Shown here: in pieces, positions 20,148 through 30,400 of the stretch
Position numbering within the stretch: the stretch's first letter is position 1
Layout of the letters: each line of letters opens with the position of its first letter
Origin: Histomonas meleagridis 2922-C6/04-290x
Lineage: Eukaryota > Protista > Parabasalia
Direction of reading: 5' to 3'
Assembly: GCA_020184695.1 (NCBI GenBank)
Contig: JAANOX010000224.1
Span: 310,001 to 374,000 of the forward strand
Length of the DNA: 64,000 bases
The notes under the pieces: generated by a model
What the model saw: the letters and a program-made list of their open reading frames with translations, nothing else
What the model was told of the DNA's origin: nothing
Databases searched by the model: none
Position numbers and translations under genes: made by a program

Positions 20148-23100
20148 TTACTTTTTTTCAATTGATTTTATGTAATCGATTAGTAACTCAATAATTTCTA
20201 TGGAACCATCTTTAACAGCTGCTGCTAATGACAGCATTAAATTTTTTAGGAATAAACATCAAGTAATATTAACAAATTTCAAACTATTTTTATAAATTTT
20301 GATACAAATTAATTAACATCATGAGAAATTTTTATTTCTTTTTGTCCAAGAAAGAATTTAACAATATCAACAAATCTTTCATCAACTGCAGTTATAAAAG
20401 CTGTATAAAATAATTTAAATAATTTCCAAATATTATTTTGAAACATGAAATTGTTAAAACAAATATTATACAAAACAAAAAAAATATCTTTAGCATTGAT
20501 ATCAATTCCTTCTTGTTCATAAAGTAATTTAACAATTTCAAGGTGATCTCCAAAGCATGCACAAATTAGTGCTGTTTCAAATATTTTACATAATTTCCAA
20601 ATATTATGTTGAAATCCAAACTTATTTTAACAAATTTTATTTTTCGCATTGATATCAATATCTTTTTGTTTAAGAAGTAGTTTAACAATTTCCAAATTAC
20701 CTTTGCTAGAAGCAATCATAAGAGCTGTTTTAAATCATTTAAACAATTTCCAAATATTATTTTGAAATATCATATTGCTAAAAATAATATTAAATCAAAC
20801 AAATTAATATTTTTAGTATTGAAATCTATTCCTTCTTGTTCAAGAAGTAATTGAACAATATCTATAAAGTTTTTATCAGTTGCATACATAAGTGCTGTAA
20901 AAAATATTTAAAATAAATTCCAAATATTTTTTTGAAATTGCAAATTATTGAAATGAAAATTTTATAAAACAAATTTATATCTTTTTCATTGATATCAATT
21001 TCTTGTTCTAGAAGTAATTTAACGAGTTCAATATGACCTCTTCCCGATGCATAAATAAGTGCTGTTTGAAATATAACAAATGATTTCCGAATATTATTTT
21101 AGAATTTCAAATTATTAATATAAATAATAATTAAAATATATAAACATTTTTTGTGTTTAGATCGATTCCTTCATGTTCGATAAGTAATTTAACTATTTCT
21201 GTGTAACCATTCCAAGCTGCATACATAATAGCTGCTTCATATATTATAAATAGTTACCAAATATTATTTTGATATTTTAAATTTTTTAAACAAACACTTA
21301 TAACATTGATATCAATATCTTTTTGCTTAAGAAGCATTTTAACAATTTCTATATATCCTTTTTCTGATGCATACATAAGTGCTGTTGAAAATTCTTTAGA
21401 TAATCTTTAAATATAATTTTAAAAGATCAAGTTATTGAAAAAAACATTAAATAAAACATATTTATAGCTTGAGAATTATAATCTATTCCTTTTTGCTCAA
21501 GAAGCATTTTAACAATTTCAATATACCCATTCCAAGTTGCTAAAATAAGTGCTGTCCAAAATAATTTAAATAATTTCCAAATATTATTTTGATATCCTAA
21601 ATTATTAAAATAAATATTAAATAAAACAAATAAATATCTTTAGCATTAATATTGATTCCTTTTTGCTCAAGAAGTAATTTAACTATTTCTGAATGATTAT
21701 AACGCGATGCTAAAATAAGTGCTGTTCTAAATAATTTAAACAATTTCCAAATATTATATCGAAATTAAAATTAAATGAAACTAACAAAAAATAAAACAAA
21801 TAAATATCTTTAGCATTAATATCAATTCCTTTTTGTTGTTCTAGAAGTAATTTAACAATTTCTATATGGCCAAATTCAGATGCACCCATAAGTGCTGTAT
21901 AAAATATTTCAAAAAAATTCCAAATATTACTTTTAAATATAAAATTATTGAAATGAACATTAATTAAAATGATAAAATGTTTTTAGTATTAATATCAATC
22001 ACATTTTTCTGTAAAAGTATTTTAACAATTTCTGTACTGCCTTTTTTGGCTGCTAAAATAAGTATTGAATTAAATAGTTTAAATATTTTCCAAATATTTT
22101 TTTAAAATACTAAAATATTAAATTAAATTTTAAATTAAACAAATAAATATTTTTGATTTCAATATTTCCTTCTTGTTCAAGAAGTAATTCGAATATTTCT
22201 TTGCGGTTATAACGTGCTGTATAAAAAAGAGCAGTTTCAAATAATTTAAATAAATTCCAAATATAATTTTAAAATTTTAATATATTAAAATAAAAACTAA
22301 ACAAAACAAATTAACATTTATAACATTTATATCAATTCCTTTTTGTTCAAGAAGGAATTTAACAAGTTCATTATGATCATATTGAGATGAAATCATAAGT
22401 GCTGTTTCAAATAAATTTAACAAGTTTCAAATATTAATCAGAAACAAAAAATTATAAAAATTTTTTCTAATTTAATCAAAAAAACATTTTTAGCATTGAT
22501 ATCTATTTCATAATTGTTTAAAATATACTTAACAAGTTCGATATTGCCTGATTCTGAAGAATATACTAAAATATCATTAGGAATTGGATTATTTTGAAGA
22601 AAATATTTAACAAGTATTATATTTCCAATTTTTGCTGAATTATTAATAACATCATCATCGATTTGTGTTTCATCATTATTTAAATATGATAAAAGTTCAT
22701 AATTATTATTAGAAATACAAGCAATTTGTAGTTTGTGAAATCTTTTTAAATTACTGTTAGTAATTGATTCATCTGAGCTATGATTTTCGCTTGTGTCATC
22801 TTCATCATCTTCTTCATTTTCATTATCATCATCTCCATTATCACTATTTTTATTGTAATCTTCATCATAATCTTCGTTATCACTATCAGAAGATTGAATT
22901 GGTTTTCCTTCTAATTCCTTATTATAAATATATTTAAAGATATCATTTCGATGATATTTAATTGCTGTTTCATATGCACCTTTAAATGTCGAATGATTTT
23001 GTTCACATAAATGCATTATTTCCAAATTTCCGCTTGCAACAGCATATTTGCCTGTATTTTCTACTTTTGCACCATTCATAAGCAAATATTTAAAACATTT

Positions 23101-23808
23101 AATTGATCCAAAAAATGCTGCATAATCAATTAATGTAACATTTTCTTTGTTGATAAATGAGCAAATTTCATAAATTGATGGTTCAATTATTTGATTAAAA
23201 TCAAAATTTGTTTGTGATGATATTTCTTGAAGTTTTTCTATATCATCATTCCGAATTATTTTTGGCATTTCATTTGGATTAACACCTTCTTTAATTAATT
23301 TCTTATGAAGTTCAAAATCATTCTCTGAAAGTTTACTATAATTTTCTTGATCGTTATGTATTATTGCATCACTATAAATGTCTTCAATTTCTTCATCTGA
23401 TAAGTTGAATACAAAATTTGGATTGTTTCTTTGAATGTTTTCTGGATTAATAATTCCACGTTCAATTATTTCTTTAAGAAGATAAAAGGACTCTCTTGTA
23501 TCTTTTCTCAAAAGAAAACATGCAAACACATCAAAAATTTTTGTTTTATTTTTATTGTTTTCCTCTAATGTTTCAATCTTTTTCATAAAATCTAAAATTA
23601 TATCAATATTTTTCATACTTATAATGAAAAATGAGTATATTATTTGACAAATAATAAGGTTAAAAGAATATGAATAATTATCATCGAAGTTTTTATATAT
23701 TGAATCCGCTGATTTAGGAATATTATCATTATTTAAAAGAAAAATTATTTGCTGAATTTCTTCCAGTAATTTCTGTCCGTTTGTGCTTGGATTTTTTTCT
23801 TCGTTCAT
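20148..23808 (-). CDS. DUF3447-type ankyrin-repeat protein B, interrupted by 14 non-canonical spacers
   Basis: The head ORF is a paralogue of gene A. Open segments (minus strand) are 23808-22486, 22405-22316, 22235-22149, 22068-21979, 21898-21806, 21725-21636, 21555-21466, 21385-21296, 21235-21146, 21065-20979, 20898-20809, 20728-20639, 20575-20486, 20404-20318 and 20234-20148 (TAA). Each internal segment is a 29-31-aa ankyrin repeat. Confidence 0.85.
20235..22485 (-). repeat. ~170-bp-period array: ankyrin segment + AT-rich spacer
   Basis: Spacer lengths in transcription order are 80,80,80,80,80,80,80,60,80,80,80,63,81 and ~83 nt. On the + strand the recurrent motif reads TTCCAAATATT. Confidence 0.9.
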
Positions 23809-24245
23809 TCAGATTTGAAACAAAAATCGGATTTTAAACGGTCAAAAATATGGACTATCTTTTTATTTGACGGTTATATTCAATTTTGGATAATAAACTA
23901 TTGAACAAGAACACAATTCAGGCATTATTATAAACAAAGAGAATGTTAAACTGAACCCGTCCCCTAAAAGCAACTCATAACAAATAAACATTTCAAATTT
24001 CTACTGTTATTATTTAACTGATGATATATATATATGGATGGGCTTTGTGTTCGAGTATTAGTGTAGAATTGGGGAAAAGCCATCTGATTATATATATCAA
24101 ATAAGTTATTATCTTCAAAAGTTTATATTTCAATTTCATCTAATTTTCTTATATATACAAGAAAACTTAAGTTACTTATTAAACAAAACATTTTTCATAT
24201 TTTACAATAAAATGAACATTGTATACATGAATTCTATTTTTATTT

Positions 24246-25346
24246 TTATTCAACAAATTCTATTTCCTTTTCCTCTTCTTCTTCCTCATTTTTAATTAAT
24301 TTGAACTCGTCATCATCGCATTCATTTTCCATCAACAAAATTCTATTTTTATCTTGAGTTAAGCCCATCAAGTTGAATCCCAACAACGCCAACGCCACTC
24401 CGAACAAAGGCATTGCAGAATAACCATAAGTTAATGCGTCTTCTCTATATATATAATGTCTTACAATAAAGTTAAATAACATTGCCAAAGTTGTAATTCT
24501 TGAATGTTCCACAGCAGAAGTGTTTAATATCAGCCAAAATTGTGTGTAATGTTTTATTGCGCTTGATAATATAAATATCAAAGCAATTAATATATTACTT
24601 TTGATCGGAGATGTTAATATTTGTTCTTTATGTGTTAATGAAATATATAAATGATATGAAGTTGTGATAATTATCCCAAAAAAGCCATTCTCGCTACAAA
24701 ACGAAAGCGCTGAAAGTTTGATGTCAGTTGAGTGAAGTGATTGAACAATGGTCATACTAATGCATTTAAGGAATATCGATAAAACAAGAAATATATAACC
24801 TGCACGAATGGATTCAATGCCTAAAACATAGTATGGAGTTGGATGGATGGGTTCAATTGGTAATCCAACTGGACTTGATGAAATGGTAATGTAACCAACA
24901 ACTTGTAACATCATGCCTAGGAATTCTAATGTTGTTAATTTTTGGTTGAAACATATAAATGAAAAGATTGATTGTATTATTGGAAATATGCTAAGAAGTG
25001 TTTCTGATTTTTCGGGGGCAAGTGATGTGGCAATTTTAAGGGAGGCGTCACAACTGATATCAAGGAGGGTGAGTGTTGCTGAATTTAAATGTGATAATTC
25101 TTCTTTATCACTGTAAATTTTTTTAGAGATTTTAAAAATACGGCCAAAAAAAGCAACAAGGAGCATTGAAATGTATTGGAGAAATTGAGATATTAATAAT
25201 CGTGGAGGATTTAATCGAAGAAATGTGAACCGAATTTCTAATATTTCGGAAATTATGTACGAAAGCACAAAAAAAGTATGATGAGCTGTGACTGACTTTT
25301 CAAACCCTTCGACTTTTTTTAAAGGTGGCAAGTTTTTGGCCACCAT
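24246..25346 (-). CDS. multi-pass membrane transporter, probably DMT / nucleotide-sugar transporter-like
   Basis: ATG at 25346 (the track start is TTG). About 9-10 hydrophobic helices and an acidic tail. Confidence 0.65.
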   Translation of the reverse strand: MVAKNLPPLKKVEGFEKSVTAHHTFFVLSYIISEILEIRFTFLRLNPPRLLISQFLQYISMLLVAFFGRIFKISKKIYSDKEELSHLNSATLTLLDISCDASLKIATSLAPEKSETLLSIFPIIQSIFSFICFNQKLTTLEFLGMMLQVVGYITISSSPVGLPIEPIHPTPYYVLGIESIRAGYIFLVLSIFLKCISMTIVQSLHSTDIKLSALSFCSENGFFGIIITTSYHLYISLTHKEQILTSPIKSNILIALIFILSSAIKHYTQFWLILNTSAVEHSRITTLAMLFNFIVRHYIYREDALTYGYSAMPLFGVALALLGFNLMGLTQDKNRILLMENECDDDEFKLIKNEEEEEEKEIEFVE

Positions 25347-25518
25347 TTTTTTGTTTTGCCAGCTATAGAATTTTATATCAAAAGTGCTTGTGTACGTTAC
25401 CGATACGTTCAATATTTCAATGCAGAACGTTCCTGTTTTGGGTTATACTGGGTTAAAAAATATTTTAAGATTATAATTTTTCATGTTTAAGTATCTAAGT
25501 ATATATATAAACGCTTTA

Positions 25519-26706
25519 TTACCTAAGTGAAAGATTGAAACCAATTGGAATTGATGAATGTGGATTCTTTTTTGGTGTTTTTATTTGGTTTTCTTTAAGT
25601 TCCCAAATCCTTAAAGTTTCATCCATTCCCAAAGTTGCAACAACATTTTCTTCTTCGTTTACAGTAATATTTATAATATCACCAGTATGTCCGTTATATT
25701 TTCCATATTTCTTGCAATCTTGAGTCAATAATTCCCAACTAAAATCGTTTCGTGCATGTGTAACAATATAACCCCATTTATTAGTATATTTAATACCAGA
25801 AATAGGTGTTCCTATATTAATATTGTAAAGAACATCTTCAGGATGCATCGAAATGACTTTAATATTTCCATCATCCATTGCATTTGTTACAGAAAATATA
25901 TTTGATGAAACCCACGTAAAACTACTAATCGATTGATCGAAATTATATGTTTTCTTTTTTTGATCTCCCCATATGTTAACTGTATATAAATCTGTAGATG
26001 CAAGATGTGAACCATCTGTTGACCATGAAAGATGCGTTATTTCTGATTTGTGTTCATTAAAAACATTTGTAATATTTGTCCTGATGTCAGTGATGTTTAT
26101 ATTGTTATCAGCTCCACCTGATGCAAAACGATGTCCTTTAAAAGACATAGCACCACATTTGATATCATGACTCTTGAATGATTGAATCATTGAACATTTT
26201 ATAGGATCCCATAATTCAACTTCACCACTTGCTGAAATGACAAGTCCTTTATCTGTCCAACAAAGTGATGTAATGGGTGAATTGGCTTCCATAAGTTCTG
26301 TGGTGTTACCATCTTCCCAAATATAAACACATGTATTTAATGCAACAGCTAAAGTCCTTTGTTTAAAATCAATAAGTTTCGATGGATATGAATTGAAAAG
26401 ATCAGGAGCATCTAAAACTTTATCAACAGCAATGGGTGCTTTCTTTTTGCATGGACTTTGAATTATTTTTGTAGGCGTTTGTGGAGATTTCGAAGTCGAT
26501 GGCCACTCAGATGTTTGACAGGATTTAATTGGAGATTTTGTGGGAGTTCTATTTTTTGGAGATTTAATTGGAGAATTGAAAAATCTATCTTTATCATATG
26601 GAGATTGGTTTTGCATTTTTAGGTCTGAAATGCAGAAGCGAAGGATATGAGCTGATTGTGTTCTCTGTTTAGGTGCCCTAGTGTTGGCATATGGGCTTTT
26701 TTGCAT
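25519..26706 (-). CDS. CDC20: CDC20/Fizzy-family WD40 APC/C activator
   Basis: C-box-like DRF, VLDAPD, WD repeats ending GHTGDI...DETLRIW, and a C-terminal LR (IR-tail variant). CDC20 and CDH1 cannot be told apart with certainty. Confidence 0.8.
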   Translation of the reverse strand: MQKSPYANTRAPKQRTQSAHILRFCISDLKMQNQSPYDKDRFFNSPIKSPKNRTPTKSPIKSCQTSEWPSTSKSPQTPTKIIQSPCKKKAPIAVDKVLDAPDLFNSYPSKLIDFKQRTLAVALNTCVYIWEDGNTTELMEANSPITSLCWTDKGLVISASGEVELWDPIKCSMIQSFKSHDIKCGAMSFKGHRFASGGADNNINITDIRTNITNVFNEHKSEITHLSWSTDGSHLASTDLYTVNIWGDQKKKTYNFDQSISSFTWVSSNIFSVTNAMDDGNIKVISMHPEDVLYNINIGTPISGIKYTNKWGYIVTHARNDFSWELLTQDCKKYGKYNGHTGDIINITVNEEENVVATLGMDETLRIWELKENQIKTPKKNPHSSIPIGFNLSLR

Positions 26707-27453
26707 TTTATATTTAATACGTTAAGCTTAACGCATGGATTATTTAAAAAGTGCTTTGTAAAATTAAGTCAATAATTATTGAAACAAACTCTTAAATTTA
26801 GATCAAATTTTGTATTGTATCCATTATAATCGGTCAGATTTTGTTTTTAATATTTACACACATCTCAATTAAGAATATACTTGATTGAACAATCATGTTC
26901 CCTTTTTCCCTACAACTTGATTCATTAAAATGATAATTCCAAAAGCAGTATTAAATAATTTTATAACCTTAAATTATAATCGGAAAAACTGTGAAATAAA
27001 TTGTCATAATATAAAAACATTCAAAACTAGTATGACATTTTTCAAAATCAATTTTTGTTCAAAAAGTGATAAATTTTGAATGAAATGATAACATGTCACA
27101 TTAAATAACATTAGGAAACAAACAAGTATCTTCGAAGTACAGCAGTACTTAAAGTTGTTTTTTCAGAATTCCATGATGAAGCAAAACGAAGGCAATGATA
27201 ATTTTTCCATGAAATTTTATATGAAAGATTTTTTTTGTGTTTCAAAAACATGTTATTTTGATTGTATGGTTTATTAGGTTCGATCTTTTTTCTTATCGGC
27301 AAAATATTAGGGGGGCCTCGTGTAAACGGATATCCCTCCTAATTTATAACATCGTTAGCGGTTAATTTTCAGAGTAACGATTAATATGTATTCAAATATA
27401 TTATTTGAAACGTTTACGAAAAATTGAATAGCCCTGGGGATACCAAAGGATCA

Positions 27454-30400
27454 ATGCGACCAAAAGAAACCAAATACATTACGCCATTAAATATTACACC
27501 GGCAAGCATTGATGAACAAGTAAATTTAAAAATCGCTCGTCTAGTTTCAACTCCAATAAATTCTACATCTGTAATTAATGAAATCAGAAATCTAGTTTTT
27601 CAAGTGCCAATTTCAGAACTCGAACCATCAACTCATCCGCTCGCAGAAAAGTTATTGGATATTGCCATTAAACCAGGTACGACTGGAGTTACTTCAACAC
27701 CAGAATTTCGACAAGAGATTCTTTCTTTGTTAGTAACATTAAATTTCAAATTTCAACCAAACACGCATATAGATAAATTGCCAGCATTTTTTAAATTTAT
27801 TTCTGAAGGAACCATTGAAGAAATGTCTGAAGCTTTATCAATTGTTCGACATTCCTTTGAGACACCCGAAACATCAAATCAATTTTTATTACAAATTGCC
27901 AGGCTTTCCGTTTCTGCCGGTAATGTACGAATGAAATGGCTTTTAACTAATTATACGAAAATTGATTATTCGACATTTTATCCATTTCTTTCATTACTTA
28001 CACTGATATCATTTTGTGCGCGTACGTTTGATCAACTTTCAGAGCATTTTTCACCTATTTTTACCATGATGGAACAATTTATAACCAAAGAATTACCAAA
28101 CGATACAAACTATAATTCAATTCTTCCACTCCTAGCGCTTAAAGCACGTACCACTCATTATTATACTTTAGCCTCAGATGTTTCATCACGTACAAAATCA
28201 TCGATGGCAATTTTTGATGCGATTTATAACTTAATTCAACATTGTCCACATTCATTTCAACTTCTTCAAAACGAAATATCATATTCATTTGTATATTTTG
28301 TTAATCAAAAGAAAGAACAACCATGGATCGAATCATTAATTAATATATTACCAACAATGATGAATTCATTTATTACAGATCCCGACTTTTATGCGTCACG
28401 ACAAACATTAGTTTTTAGGTTATGTGAAATTGTTTTACAATCACCAAAATCAGATCTGAAAATTGTTTCATTAATTGTAAATTTTGCAGTCGATTTTTTA
28501 TTTATTGATAAATTCCCATTAATTCAACGATCAACAAAATTCCATAAATTATTAATCGAAATTAATAATAAAATAAAAACATTACCACCAAGCATTGATA
28601 TATTTATTACATTATTTTATGGTATTAATAAATTCTTTTTACTTATCGAAAAATCAATTGATAAAATCTTTGATCCTAATAATGATACCACCACAAATTT
28701 TAATAATGTTCAAGCTACGATATTATTTGTACAACAATCATTTGAAACACTATTTAAATCACTTGAAATTGCTTCTTCAATCCATATAACATATGAAGAA
28801 ATTAAATCAATTTCAAATGGTTCTATAAAGACACAATTTACACAACTTGATTCTAATTTAATCATTAATTCATATGTAAATTCATTATATATATTTATAC
28901 GATTAAGGAATTTAACTAATAAATGTAATTTCCGTTATGCATTTCAAAATATTAATTCATCACCGAATAATAACATGAAAATGTGTATGATTCATGCTAA
29001 ATTTATTAAGTATTATGATCGAATTCGATGTTTAATTCAATATTTGTTCCAAAAGTTCCCATTAATTTTAGCTAAATGTAATATATTATTAGAAGCACGA
29101 ATATGGAAAAATGTTTTTATTAAGTTCTTTAATGCAAAGAATTCTATGGTTATTGATTCTTCTTTTATTAGAACATTTTTTTTAGATATACCGAATTTTA
29201 TACCTTTATTACATACATTAACTGATTTCATTATCCAAGAAATGAAAAGTTCTGTTTATGGAACTATAGTATTTAGAACAGCGTTTAGTATATTTAAAAA
29301 AATTAATGAAAGTACAAATTTAACACATGGAGAAATAAATGAAATAAATATGTCCAAAATCTTAGGATATATTAATGGTATTTTACAGACATTTAAAGCA
29401 AATATATTTAAAGTATCAAATGTTACTGATACTATAATGTTTATTATTGAATTATTAATATTTATAAATACTTTTTTAAAACAAACAAATCAATTAATAA
29501 AAATATTAAATTCCGATTTTACAACAAATATTATTTCGATTTTATCAGAACAACAACATTCTTCTGCATCGATTTTAATACATTTTATTGAATATTTAAA
29601 TCAAAACTTTCCGAAATTAATAGAAAATGATATAACAATTGATTCATTAATAAAGTCGATTCATAATGAACCTATTAAAGTCTTAAAACTATTAAAAAAT
29701 ATAGGAAAAAGAAATAAGCCTTTAATATATGGTAAAAAAGAACGAAATTCAATAATATTAGAAACGATTTTTAATAATTTATCAAATGCAAATGAAGATG
29801 ATAAATTACTTTTATTAAAATTCACTAAAAAGTTTAAGTTAAAACGTTGTTTTACACCACAAAGTAATTTATTTATTACACGTTATAGTTTTAATAATAA
29901 TGAAGTACAAGTACCAATTGATCAAATGATTTATTCGAATGTACATTCATTATTAGATTCGATTGATGATGAAAAACTTTGGTGTTCATTAAAATCGTTA
30001 TTATTATCATTATTTGAAGAAAATGAATCAGATGTATTACCTAAATATGAAATTATACCATCAGAAACAGATAATTTATTATTTATCTTTAAATGTTTTA
30101 ATTATGTATCAGCATTAGTAAATAAAAACAAGAAAAAAACATTAGAAATTTTATATGAAATATCAAATACACCAAAAATATTAAGTTATGTAATATGTAC
30201 AATATTATATACTAAAATTGATTCATTTGATGAGAATGAAATGTTAAAATTTTTTAATCGAATTAATACCAAAAATTATTTCCAAGAATTTATATTAAAT
30301 TCATTAACAATATTTAGTAATTGCTTTTTAAATTCATACGTTTTCCAATTAAAAATAGCAAATTATTTATGTGATTTTCTAAATTCTTCAATTTTCCATT

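Noticed and set aside
20148-22485. CRISPR-like repeat/spacer array
   Set aside because: The conserved units are divergent protein-coding ankyrin repeats, not identical 25-45-nt repeats. The context is eukaryotic and there are no cas genes.
24025-24035. Short (TA)n runs (also ~54366-54380)
   Set aside because: Expected by chance in DNA of this composition.
27277-27292. GGTTCGATC + T-run as a tRNA/Pol III gene
   Set aside because: No T-stem, acceptor stem or A-box could be built.
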